From Mobula hypostoma (lineage: Eukaryota): DNA of 64,000 nucleotides. Of this stretch, positions 1 through 11,397 are shown piece after piece (position 1 is the first letter of the stretch; each line of letters starts with the position of its first letter). Below the pieces are notes generated by a model, which was not told where the DNA came from, ran no database searches, and saw nothing but the letters and a program-made list of their open reading frames with translations. The translations under genes and the position numbers were made by a program. The DNA is taken from the NCBI RefSeq assembly GCF_963921235.1, contig NC_086097.1, forward strand, positions 27,282,001 to 27,346,000, given 5' to 3'.

Positions 1-130
1 TGTGGGAATAGTTTGGTGATGGGGCAAGTGAAGTTGAGTGAAGTTATCCCCTCTGGTTCAAGAGCCAGGGTAATAACTGTTCCTCTCCCTGGTAGTGTGA
101 GTCCTGAGGGTCCTGTACCTTCTTCCTTAA
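1..130 (-). mobile_element. L2/Rex-Babar-type LINE 3' fragment
   Basis: Reverse complement of the recurrent tail motif (accatcaggctcctgaacca...ggataacttcactca) also at 13800, 37970, 49450. Confidence 0.55.
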
Positions 131-529
131 ATCTTTCCCTTCTCACCATCATCTCCGTGTGAAGAGCCAATGGAATGACATCTGTGTGGACCCGCTGTGA
201 CGGCCAGCAAACTGGAGCAGATCCAAGCTGCTTCTCAGACAGGGAGCTGACAGGCTTCATCACCAACCTCTCACATCAGAAAGGCAGCTTTCTGAGTTGG
301 TGCCATTTGTCTGGATTTGGCACGTATCCCTAATTAATTAATTAAACCTTTCTTATCCATGAAGGAACCTTGTAATTGCATCTGCATCTGGCATCTCATT
401 TCATACCCCCACCACTCTCTGTGTGGAAAATATTTCCCCTTAGGTCCCTGTTAAATCTTTCCCTTCTCACCGTCATCTCTGCCCTCTCTCCTAGGGAAAA
501 AATACCGTGACCATTGAACTTTGGGGACA

Positions 530-708
530 CTACGACACGCCAGCACACCAGCGACCTGGGTTCCATTCCTGTTGCTGCCTGTAAGGAGATTTCCTCTGGG
601 TGCTCTGGTCTCCTCCCACATTCCCGGTGTCCGGGTTCATTAGTCACATCGGTGTAAGTGGGCTGGAAAGCTCTGTCACTGTGCTGTATCTCTAAGTAAA
701 ATAAATAA
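530..708 (+). mobile_element. tRNA-derived V-SINE-type element
   Basis: B-box-like gggttccattcc, then gtaaggag...ttcctctgggtgctctggtctcctcccacattcc (V-domain-like), shared with many copies in the window. Confidence 0.6.
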
Positions 709-769
709 AGATCATTCATGACCCCTGTAATTTCACAAACCTCTGGAAAGTCTCTCCTCAGTGGCCCTC

Positions 770-1020
770 ATAGAACTACAGGCCCTTCGGCCCACATTGT
801 TGTGCTGACCCTTTAACCTACTCTAAGATCAATCTTACCTTTCCCTGCTACGTAGCCCTTAATATTTCTTTCATCCGCATGCCCATTTAAGAATCTCTTA
901 AATGCCCCTAATGTATCTGTCTCTACCACCACCCCCGGCGGGGCATTCTACGCACGCACTGCTCCCTGTGTAATAAACTTCCTTCTGACATCTCCACTAT
1001 ACTCTCCTCCAAAGTACACT
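770..1020 (-). mobile_element. CR1 LINE 3' end
   Basis: Reverse complement of the CR1 tail (gggccgaagggcctgt...tctatg) and ORF2 C-terminus (GDVRRKFITQ). Confidence 0.7.
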
Positions 1021-1179
1021 TCACTCCAGGGAGAAGTGTCCCAGCTGACGCTGCCTCCCCTTGTAACTCCAGCCTTCCAGTAACAGCTTACATGTTGGGC
1101 AGATGCACGTTGGGTTCCCATTGACAAGTTTATAGCATTATATGCAGTTCCAGTCACCTACCAACAGGAAATAAATCAA

Positions 1180-1650
1180 TAAGAGCACAGAGAAAATTTA
1201 CATGGATGTTGCCGGCACTTGAGGACCCGAGTGAAAGGGAAAAGTTGATTAGGTTAGGACTTTGTTCTCTGGAGCGTAGGAGAACGAGGGGAGATTTGAT
1301 AGAGCGTTACAAAATTATGAGGGGTATAGATAGGGTAAAAGCATGCAGGCTTTTTCCACTGAGGTTGGGTGAGACTACAACTAGAGGTCATGGGTTAAGG
1401 GTGAAAGGTGAAATATTTAAGGGGAACCTGAGGGGGGTCTTCTCAGAGGGTGGTGCGTGTGTGATACGAGCTGCCAGTGGAAGAGGTGGATGTGAGTTCA
1501 ATTTCAATTTTTAAGAGAAACGTGGATAAGTACATGGTTGGGAGGCATATGGAAGGCGAAGGACCAGGTGCAGGTTGATGAGACTAGGCAGGGTAATAGC
1601 TTGGCACAGACTAGATGGGCTGAAGGGCCTGTTTCTGTGCTGTCTATGCT
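1180..1650 (+). mobile_element. CR1 LINE 3' fragment
   Basis: ORF 1206-1514 LGLCSLERRRTRGDLIERYKIMRGIDRV...TRGHGLRV is the CR1 ORF2 C-terminus; followed by the CR1 3' UTR. Confidence 0.85.
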
Positions 1651-2159
1651 GCCTTTCATTATAACTCTTGCACAGGGGCTGCAATGTCACTGAAAGTCTC
1701 ACTCTCCAGCCAACCAGCCCTTGGATACTGTAAAGCTGGGTCAGATTCCTTTAACAAAGACCAAGCACATTAGTTAAATAAGATCATATGCAAAACAGAT
1801 TAAACATTTAGAGTCCTCCCTCGGGCATATGGCAAAGAGATATAACGAGCTCATGATTTAATTAGCAGAGTTGATGGAATCCCCTGTCATCTGCAGTAAG
1901 ATTAGACTGAGCTCCAGGTGGCTATCGAGCATCTCCTCACTCCCCGTCTCTGTCTAAATTATTCAGTCCCAGATTATACCCGGCTCTTTGTTCAAACCTG
2001 GCTTCTCGTACCTGCCCCCGGCTGCTAGTGCATTATGTAATCTCTGCAGAGTTCTAGAAAACTTTGTCTCCCAACCTCATGCCATTTTTTGGGGGTGCCT
2101 GCTTTGGTAGTGCACTCCAAGCCTAGAATTTCCTTTCCTTTCTTTCTGCTGGGGCCAAT

Positions 2160-2730
2160 CCGTCGGTCAGAGTTGGCCAATGTGTCCTAGCTGTCTCGAT
2201 ACACGAGCCTGGGCAGTACGATATGGAGAACGAGCTGTTGCCCATGTAGCTAGCTCCCCCTCTCCACACATCTGACGAACCCAAAGGAACAGCAGAGACC
2301 GATAGTCTGGCACCAGCAGCGTCGCAGGAGTTGGTCAGTCAGCGTTGAACTCAAAGTAGGACATCCTTAGCGACTCCAGCTCCAGATTTTTCCTTCAGGG
2401 TTTACTCCGGAAGCCTTCCCCACGAGTGGGTATAGCCGCAAGGCAGCGAAGGTTTGTGATCAGAGTTTTCCTTCTCCTCGGTGACCTGTCAACCATGGCT
2501 AACAAGCCCCACTTGCCTGAAGCAACTGTTTTTATGGCACCAGCAACCCACCTTTGCCCCTCCTCCCGTCAGTAGAAACGGTTCTGCTGGGCTGAGCAGC
2601 AGCCGGGGGACAGGTACTTGAAGACCGGGAGCTGGACTAGGTTGTCAAAGGCTATCTGAGGCGCACGCCATTGGTGGTGGGAGCCTGTCCCCATTACCAC
2701 CTCCGGCTATAACAGTCTTAAGGAACCAGT
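2160..2730. repeat. Interspersed non-coding repeat, possibly RTE-derived non-autonomous element (copy 1)
   Basis: Collinear with 47535-47875 (gtcggtcagagttg...tgtgtcctagctgtct...atcagagttttccttctcct). The family assignment is from memory and weak. Confidence 0.6.
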
Positions 2731-3267
2731 CCAATAGATTGTAGTGACTGAATCATAGCGGCGTACAGCACAGAAACAGGCCCTTTGGCCCTTCAGTCCA
2801 TGCTGACCATCAAGTCTCTAATTTGCATAACCAGTAATTCACCTCACCTGTTACCTCAGAGCGGTGAAAGCTTCCTCCCCCTGAGAGAGAGGTTATAGAA
2901 TCATAGATTACTATAATAGGGAAACAGGCCCTTCAACCCATCTAGACTGTGCCAGCCTGGTCCCATCTACCTGCAGCTGGAACACAGCCCTCTATACCCA
3001 ATCTATCCATATACCTATCCATCCAAACTTCTCTTAGGTGTTGTAATTGGACTCACATGCACAACTTCCCTGGGAAAAACAATGTGTGTATTCACCCTCT
3101 CTCTGTCCCTAACATTTTATACACCTACACCCCAGTCTCAACCTGCTCAACCTCTCTCCATAAATCATTCCCTTGAGTTCCGGCAACATCCTCGTAAATC
3201 TTTTCTGCATTCTTTTCAGCTTAGTGGCATCTTTCCTCTAGCAGTGTGACCAATACTGAACACGGTA

Positions 3268-4640
3268 TTGCGTGGGCATGAATCAGAAAAGGTTGGTTTG
3301 CAGGTGCAGCAGGCTATCAAGAAGGCAGATGGAATGTCCCTACTCTACAGGGATTTAAGAGCAGGGAGGTCATACTGCAACGTACAGGGTACTGGTGAGG
3401 CCGCACCTGGAGTACTGTGTGCAGTCCTGGTCTCCTTACTTGAGGAAGGATATACTGGCTTTGGAAGCAGTGCAGAGGAGGTTCACCAGGTTGATTCCAG
3501 AGATGAAGGGGTTAACCTGTGAGGAGAGATTGAGTCTCCTGGGACTATACTCGCTGGAATTCAGAAGAATGAGAGATCTTATCGAAACATGTAAAATTAT
3601 GAAAGGGATAGATAAGATAGAGGCAGGCAAATTGTTTCCACTGATAGGCGAGACTAGATCGAGGGGACATAGCCTCAAGATTCGAGAGAGTAGATTTAGG
3701 ATGGAAATAAGGAAGAACTGCTTTTCCCAAAGGTTGGTGAATCTGGAAATTCTCTGCCCAATGAAGCAGTGGAGGCTACCTCAGTAAATATATTTAAGAC
3801 AAGGTTGGATAGATTTTTGCATAGTAGGGAATTAAGTGTTAGATTATGAGAACACTCAGTCCTCTTTTATTGTCATTTAGAAATGCATACATGCATTAAG
3901 AAATGATACAATGTTCCTCCAGAGTGATATCACAGAAAACAGGTCAGACCAAAGACTAACACTGACAGAACCACATAATTATAACATATGGTTACAGCAG
4001 TGCAAAACAATACCGTAATTTGACGAAGAACAAACCATGGGCATGGTAAAAAAAAAAGTCTCAAAGTCCCTGAGTCGATTGACTCCCGAGTCCCCGATAG
4101 CAGGCGGCAAAAGGGAGAAACTCCCTGCCATAAACCTCCAGGCACTGTCAACTTGCCGATGCCTTGGAAGCAGCCGACCACAGCCAACACTGAGTCCATC
4201 CGTCCGAAAACTTTGAGCCTCCAACCAGCCCCTCCGATACCGCCTCCCGAGCGCCATCCTCTGCCGAGCGCCTTTGACCTAGCCCTGGCTGCCGAAACAA
4301 GCAAAGCCAAGGATTCGGGGCCTTCTGCTCCAGAGATTCTGGTTACCACACAGTAGCAGCGGCAGCGAAGCGGACATTTCAGAAGGTTTCCAGATGCTCT
4401 TCCATACTCTCACATCCATCTCCATCAAATCAGAATTGTGCACGGTCCCCTACTTGACAGATTACAGATATCATTCACCGGAGGGGCCGCGCGCACTGTT
4501 GCGCCGCCATCTTCTCCTTCTCCATGGTTATGGGGAAAAGGCGGGCAGGTGGAGATGAGTCCATGGCCAGATCAGCCATGATCTTATTGAATGGCAGAGC
4601 AGGCTTGACGAGTCAGATGGCCGACTCCTGTTCTTATGTT
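3268..4640 (+). mobile_element. CR1 LINE 3' portion, interrupted by an insertion at 3838-4523
   Basis: ORF 3395-3787 RPHLEYCVQSWSPYLRKDILALEAVQRRFTRLIPEMKGL...; the CR1 tail resumes at 4524 (ggttatggggaaaagg...). Confidence 0.85.
3838..4523 (-). mobile_element. Non-autonomous ~680-bp LINE-derived element (copy 1)
   Basis: Near-collinear with 45492-46160. Minus strand starts ggagaagATGGCGGCG and ends acaataaa...cataatctaa; no coding capacity. Confidence 0.75.
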
Positions 4641-4667
4641 CACAGTATTCCATATCGACCTGTCCAA

Positions 4668-5260
4668 CATAGAGTGATGGAACATAACTGTACAGAAACA
4701 GGCCCTTCAGCCTATCTAGACTGTGCTAGCCTGCTTTTTGCTTAGTCCCATCTCCCTGCACCTGGGTCACAGCCCTCCGCACCCTTCTCATCACATACCT
4801 GTCCAAAATTCTCTTACATGTTACAACTGAACTTGCATTTACCTCTTCCACTGGCAGCTTGTTCCACACTCTCACCCCCTCTAAGTGAAGAAGTTCCCCC
4901 TTAAATATTTCACACTTCTTCATCAATTTATGAATCTAGCTTTAGTCTTGCCCAGCCTAAGGAGAAAAAGCCTGTATGTATTCACCCTATTTGTACCCCT
5001 CATAACTTTCAATACCTTATTCTTCTGTGTTCCAGGGAACGAGGTCCAAAACTATTCTACCTTTTCCTGTAGCTCATGTCCTTGTCCCGTTATTTGAGGT
5101 TACGATATCTTTCCTGAAGGTAGGAGACTAGAAATGCACACAGTACTCGATATCTGACCTCACTAATGTCTTGTACAACTTCAACATAACAAACCAACTC
5201 CTGTGCTCAATGCACTAACCTATGAAGGCCTTCCTCACCACCCTGTCTACCTGTGACACA
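4668..5260 (-). mobile_element. CR1 LINE 3' fragment
   Basis: ORF 4726-4926 VRVWNKLPVEEVNASS... plus CR1 tail. Confidence 0.7.
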
Positions 5261-6369
5261 AGTGCTTGTAAATGGAATCAATATATATATTTCTTTATTT
5301 ATTGAGAAACAGCACGAATAGGCCCTTCTGGCCCTTTGAGATGCACTGCCCAGCAACCCCCTGATTTAATTCTAGCCTAATCACGGGACAATTCATAATG
5401 ACCAATTAACCTACCAACTGGTCGTTCTTTAGACTGTGGGAGGAAATCACGGCGTTACTGTCAGAACGTACAAACCGGGTCGCTGACATGGTAAAGCATT
5501 GTGCTAACCACTATGCTACTGTGCTGTCCCAGATAGATACAGATAGGTAGTAGGTTGTTTTCATGGATGTAATGGGCTGAATTCTGTGTTTCTATGTTGT
5601 GTGACTATGGCCTTTAAGCAATGGGGACTTCAAACCGATGAGGACCCTGACCCCTGCATGTTTCATAACCTTCCCGCCCCAGAACATGAATACCCTGTTC
5701 CCCTGGTACCACCAGTATTAAAGATCTTAACACACAGAGCAGCGTTGATTTGGCTTTGAAACAATTATCAGGATTAGTGCATATTTTCAAATGGGGATGG
5801 AATTGATTTGTATCTTATTCATCTACTGACTTAAAATATCAAACTGAAACACAAACAGCAGGTCAGTGGCTTAATCTGATTGCCATAATGTAATTGAATG
5901 TCGACTAACAAGAAGGATGCGCTATTTTTAATTTGCTAAATTCATGGAGCTGAAGGTTGCCATGGCGAAAGCAAAAATATGAGCCGATGCGAGAGCTAAA
6001 TCATGGTCCGATTGCATTCCTGGCGTGCAGGATGTGACAAGATTGCTTCCTTGGAAATGGGCTGGAACATTCATGAGTGCATTGCCTGGGGCATTGGGGA
6101 ATGAACAGGGCTGCTCTGCTCTCTTCTGTAGTGACACAAAACAGAGAACAATACAGGCCCATCAGCCCACAATGTTGTGCTGACCTCTATCAGCCTACTC
6201 TATCTATCTCTTCCCTTCTACGCAGCCCATAGCCCTCTATTTTTCTTACAACAATCTGCCTAATTAAGAGTCTTTTAAATATCCTTATTGTATCTGTCTT
6301 TACCACCACCTGCAGCAGTGTGTTCTGGGCACTGTGTGAAAAACCTACCTCTGAGGAGCCAAGATCATA

Positions 6370-6829
6370 ACGAGGCCAAGCGTCTATCCTATCATACAAC
6401 AGTCTAATAGCAGTGGGATAGAGGCTGTCCTTGAGTCTGGTGCTATGTGCTTTCAGGCTTTTGTATCTTCTGCCCAATTGGGGGGTGAGAAAAACAAATG
6501 ACTCAGATAGGTGGGGTCTTTGATTTTGCTGGCTGCTTTACTGAGTGAATTGAGTTCACGAAGACTGGTCCCCCTGATACGCAGAGCTGCGTCCACTACG
6601 CTATTCCGGTTCCTGAGGTCACACGCAAGGCAGTTGCCATACCAGCTATTAGGCCTCCAGATGGGAGGCTCGCTATGGTTCACTAATAAAAATTGGCAAG
6701 AGTCAACGGGGACATGTCGAATTAGTTTGGACCTCCTGAACAAGGTGAGCTTCCTTTGCTGTGACATCTTCGTGGTTGGACGAGGACACGCTATTGGTGA
6801 TGTTTGACCCCAGGAACTTGAAGCTCTAA
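6370..6829 (-). mobile_element. L2/Rex-Babar-type LINE 3' fragment
   Basis: GRRYKSLKAHSTRLKDSLYPTAIRLL (ORF 6190-6477) is the typical C-terminus of this LINE group. Confidence 0.7.
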
Positions 6830-7380
6830 ATGGACGAGTTCACGGCGCTAGCCAGGAGTCAGAGAACATTTCGGGAGTGCAGTGTTATGTGTTTCACTGG
6901 AACGGGGCTGCACGAGGACATATCCGATCAAAACTTCTCCATGGACGGCTTCCAGACCGTTCTGGCTGGCCGGAAGTGCACTGAGAGCGGTAAGCGTAAA
7001 GGAGTTGGGTGCTTACTGATCTGGTTAACAACAGATGGTGCAATCCGGGTCATATTACAATCGAGGAACGTGTTTGTAGACCGGATATTGAACTGTTTAC
7101 TGTTGGACTTTGGCCATATTCCACCGAGATACAACACTTGGCGGCACAGGAGGTCGTTCCTGCCTGTGGCCATTGGACGTGCAGCTCCTCCCGTGGAGGG
7201 TCAGACACCCTGAACCAATAGACTGGTCCTGGACTTATTTTCCATCTGGCATAGTTTGCATTTTGTTGTTTGATTGTTTGTGGTTTTTGTATTGCTATAT
7301 TTATGCTCTATTCTTGGTTGGTGCAGCTGTAACGAAACCCAGTTTCCCTCGGGATCAATAAAGTATATCTATCTATCTAT
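6830..7380 (+). mobile_element. Internally deleted Rex1/Babar-like LINE: APE-endonuclease start fused to 3' tail
   Basis: MDEFTALARSQRTFRECSVMCFT...GFQTV...VNNRWCNPGHITIEERVCRPDIELF, joined to RHRRSFLPVAI and the tail gggatcaataaagta(tatc)n. Confidence 0.7.
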
Positions 7381-7471
7381 AAAACCTTCTCAAGCTCAAA
7401 ACGGTTTATGGATCCTTAGTAACTGTCACGTTGCTATTTGTGGGGGATTGTAGGGCGCATCTATCTGCCAT

Positions 7472-7540
7472 ACACTTAGTGAACACTTTATTAGGAACAC
7501 CCGTACACCAATGCAAGTATCTAATCAGCCAATCACGCGT
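7472..7540 (+). mobile_element. Tc1/mariner terminal fragment
   Basis: tacacttagtgaacactttattaggaacacc...atctaatcagccaatcac matches the end of the element at 34872. Confidence 0.6.
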
Positions 7541-8511
7541 TTTACTCAGTGTCTGTTTCTTCACTCAGAGGTTGGCAAATCATTGGAATCCTCAGCTCTG
7601 GGCAGGAGAGAGAGGGTGCTTGGTCACTGCATTCACTTCCAATAGGTTGGAGAGATTCCTGGACATTGAGGGAATCGAGGGGTACTGGGATTAATGATGG
7701 AGCACGCTCAGTATGTCACTTCCAAGCATAACGCTTTACAGCACTGGTGGTCGGGGTTCAGTTCCCGCGTTCTCCCCATGACCATCTCCGCTTCTCCCCC
7801 ACATTCCAAAGTTGTACGGGTTACGATTAGTAAATTGTGGGTTGGAGGTATGGCAACACTTGTGGACTGCCTCACCACATCCTTGGAGCGTGTTGGTTTG
7901 TGACGCAAATGACACATTTCACTGTATGTTTCTGTATACATGTGGTAAATAGAGCTAATCTTTATCAGTCCTGATGAAGGCGTCTTTACCCATTTATCTT
8001 TATCTTTATCTTTAAATGGCATTTAAGTTGAGGAACTTGATGAATGCTCGGAGGGCTGAGTGGTTGCTTCCTGCTTCTGTTTTTCGCTCTGGACGCCCAC
8101 ATGTTACAAATGACAGACAGGTGAAAAGCTTGACTGATTTTCATGCCATTCCTGCTGCAAGCAATTGTCCTTCACAATCCCTTTATTGAGAGATGAATCC
8201 TGCAGACAGTATCATTGTGCGTTTTCTATTGGAATCTCTACTGGCACTTCAAACCTAACCTTGAGTCCACTGAGTTGATTATCCCGCTACTCAAGTCAGA
8301 ACAAGAGATACTGAACGGAACTGAGTAACTTATCTTCTGGCATTACTGCCCAGGTTGGTGGGGGTGGGTGAGGTTTAATTTGGTCTCCAGACCCAAGAGC
8401 CTTCAACCAGTGTGAATAACCTCAACTCTGAACTGATTCCTCAACCTATGGACTCACTTTCAAACTCGTAACTCAAGTTCTCAGTATTATTTACTTGCTT
8501 ATTTATCGATT

Positions 8512-8827
8512 GTGTGGGCATGTGGCCAAGTGGTTAAGGCACTGGACTAGTGACCTGAAGGTTGTGAGTTCGAGCCCCAGCTGAGGCAACGTGTCGTGTC
8601 CTTGAGCAAGGCACTTAATCACACAGTGCTCTGCGACGACACTGGTGCCAAGCTGTATGGGTCCTAATGCCCTTCCCTTGGACAACATTGGTGTTGTGGA
8701 GACGGGAGACTTGCAGCACGGGCAACTGCTGGTCTTCCATACAACCTTCCCCAGGCCTGCATACTGGAGAGTGAAGACTTTCCAGCTGCAGATCCATGGT
8801 CTCGCAAGACTAACGGAGGCCTTTACT
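8512..8827 (+). mobile_element. Full-length tRNA-derived SINE with CORE-like central block and 13-bp TSD
   Basis: A box TGGCCAAGTGG, B box GTTCGAGCC, central gtgtccttgagcaaggcacttaa; TSD ttatttatcgatt at 8499-8511 and 8828-8840. Confidence 0.85.
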
Positions 8828-9589
8828 TTATTTATCGATTATTATTATTTTGTTTTTTTTGCACATTGGATGTGCGTCAGTCCTTGTGTACAGTTTTTTA
8901 TCGATTATATTTCTTATTTCTACTGTGAATGCTTGCAAGAAAATAAACCTCCAAGTAGTATATAGTGACAGTAAATTTACTTTGAACTTTGAAGAAAGGA
9001 TGTACCTGCCGCAGAGGTGCAACGGTTCCCTCTGTGGGGTATCTGCATGCCCCCCGGGGAAGTCAAAGGCCCAGTGTTGAATCTGACTCTGCTGGTGGCC
9101 AAGGATGGCCTGTCCAGGGGTTTGACGAGTGTGTGTGTGCGTGGGTGAGTTGGAGTGCTGGGGGGAGGAATGGGTCTTGTTTTGCCGCTGGCTGTGCTGT
9201 TTTGATGTCATCTGTGTTGTTCTGACGAGGGCGGTGGGCGTGCTACGTTGGCGCCGGTATGTGTGACGACACGTGCGGGCTGCCCCCAGCACGTCCTTAA
9301 CAACACATCTCGCTGGTTGTTTCAACGTACGTGTGAGAAATCAATCTGAAACTGCACAGCGACACCCGACTGGTCCCGGGGATGATGGCTTTCTCACATA
9401 AGCAGAGAGTGAGCGGATTGGGATGATATTCTCTCGAGTTGAGAGGAGGCGTCACTGAAACATACAAAATCTCAATAAACTTGACAAAATAGATACAGTC
9501 AAAATCAAGTTTTTTATCATATGCAGAAGTATATTTATTTTTGGACCATCCGGCCCAACGAGTCTATTCCACCCTATTACACCCATATA

Positions 9590-10153
9590 TTACCTGGAGT
9601 ATTGTGTGCAGTTTTGGTCCCCTAATCTGAGGAAAGACATCTTTGCCATAGAGGGAGTACAAAGAAGGTTCACCAGATTGATTCCTGGGATGGCAGGACT
9701 TTCATATGAAGAAAGACTGGATGAACTGGGCTTGTACTCGTTGGAATTTAGAAGATTGAGGGGGGATCTGATTGAAACGTATAAGATCCTAAAGGGATTG
9801 GACAGGCTAGATGCAGGAAGATTGTTCCCGATGTTGGGGAAGTCCAGAACGAGGGGCCACAGTTTGAGGATAAAGGGGAGGCCTTTTAGGACCGAGATTA
9901 GGAAAAACTTCTTCACACAGAGAGTGGTGAATCTGTGGAATTCTCTGCCACAGGAAACAGTTGAGGCCAGTTCATTGGCTATGTTTAAGAGGGAGTTAGA
10001 TATGGCCCTTGTGGCTACGGGGATCAGGGGGTATGGAGGGAAGGCTGGGGCGGGGTTCTGAGTTGGATGATCAGCCACGATCATAATAAATGGTGGTGCA
10101 GGCTCGAAGGGCCGAATGGCCTACTCCTGCACCTATTTTCTATGTTTCTATGT
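9590..10153 (+). mobile_element. Young 5'-truncated CR1 LINE
   Basis: Uninterrupted ORF2 C-terminus (9606-10061) and intact 3' UTR ending in (tttctatg)2. Confidence 0.9.
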
Positions 10154-10332
10154 AACTAATTAACCTAGAACTGGTATGTCTTCGGAATGTGGGAGGTAAC
10201 GGGAGCTTTTGCAGGAAACCCTCACGGTCACGGGGAGGACGTGCAAACTCATTACAGACAGCAGCAGGAACTGAAACAGGGTTACTGGTGCTGTGATGAA
10301 ACCATGGTAACCGCTATGCCACCCTTATAAAA

Positions 10333-10439
10333 TGCCAACTGCACCTAGTTTTTCCAGTTGGTCTCCCATCCAAGTACTGACCAGGCCTAAGCTTAGACCA
10401 GACAGAGTCAGGTGAGTTTAGGATAGTGAGGCCGTAGTC
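10333..10439 (-). pseudogene. 5S rRNA pseudogene
   Basis: Minus strand GACTACGGCC...GGCCTGGTCAGTACTTGGATGGGAGACC...GGTGCAGTTGGC aligns by eye to 5S rRNA (box C well kept, deletion around box A); followed by TTTT. Confidence 0.85.
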
Positions 10440-11049
10440 AATGTACAAACACATTGGAGTTTATCATCATATGCATTGAAAAACGTGCAGCAACATCAAA
10501 GATACATCACACCAGATAAGCATCGTACACAAAAAACCAGGCATTTAACATAACTTATAACGAATTAGACAAGAAAGGACACAATTAGAACAAAATCCAC
10601 TAGTTTGCAAAGTGGTCTTAGTGTTGTTACACTGGGGGTTGTGCTGGTTGCTTCAAGAACTGAACAGTAGCTGTCCTTGAAGCTGTTGGTGTGGGACTTC
10701 AGGCTTCTGTACCTCCTGCCTGGTGGTAGTAACAAGAAGAGGCCATGTCCCAGATGGCGTGGAGTACATACCTCAGGTGAGCTCCAGGCTCTGGGCCTCT
10801 GCAAATACTACTAATTCATTGAGTTGGGGAGGGAAGGCTGGATTCCTGGAGTCACAGTTGGGCTGTTTCTTTCTCTGACACTCTGTAGGATTGTTACAAT
10901 AACAAAACCATAGTGCCATTGACGACATAAGATACCGAGGAACTGCTCTAGAAATGAAGTCACTGTTGGAAAGTGGATTCCGTTGGAGATCCAGCTCACC
11001 TGTCCATAGATGCTGCTCAACCAGCTCGTTCCCTCCAGCAGGATGTTTG

Positions 11050-11397
11050 ACTTGGGAGTCTTCGCGCAGCATTCACTCAAGGTTAATTTGCAGGCTGAGC
11101 TGGTGGTGAGTAAGGCAAATGCAATGTTAGCATGTATTTTCAGAGGACTGGAATACAAAAGCCAGGGTGTAATGTTGAGGCTTTGTAAAGCACTAGTGAG
11201 GCCTCACTTGGAGTGTTGTGAGCAGTTTTGGGCCCCTTATCTAAGAAAGGATGTGCTGATATTGGAGAGAGGTAAGGAGGTTCACAAAAATGATTCCAGG
11301 AATGAATGGCTTGTCATATGAGGAGCATTTGATGGCTCTGGGCCTCTACTCATTGGAATTCAGAGAAATGAGGGGTGACCTCATTGAAACCTGTTGA
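11050..11397 (+). mobile_element. CR1 LINE fragment
   Basis: KANAMLACIFRGLEYKS...RPHLECCEQFWAPYLRKD (ORF 11010-11321). Confidence 0.8.

Noticed and set aside
127..479. 29-bp direct repeat (127-155, 451-479)
   Set aside because: Both copies look like pieces of a CR1 3' fragment; no evidence of LTRs or function.
8512..8585. Possible tRNA gene
   Set aside because: The tRNA-like head continues into a SINE body, and the whole unit is flanked by a TSD.
9590..10084. 164-aa minus-strand ORF, and similar ones at 3436, 11897, 12553, 54804, 55102
   Set aside because: Antisense shadows of CR1 ORF2.
10333..10439. Functional 5S rRNA gene
   Set aside because: Internal deletion around box A, many substitutions, and no tandem array.
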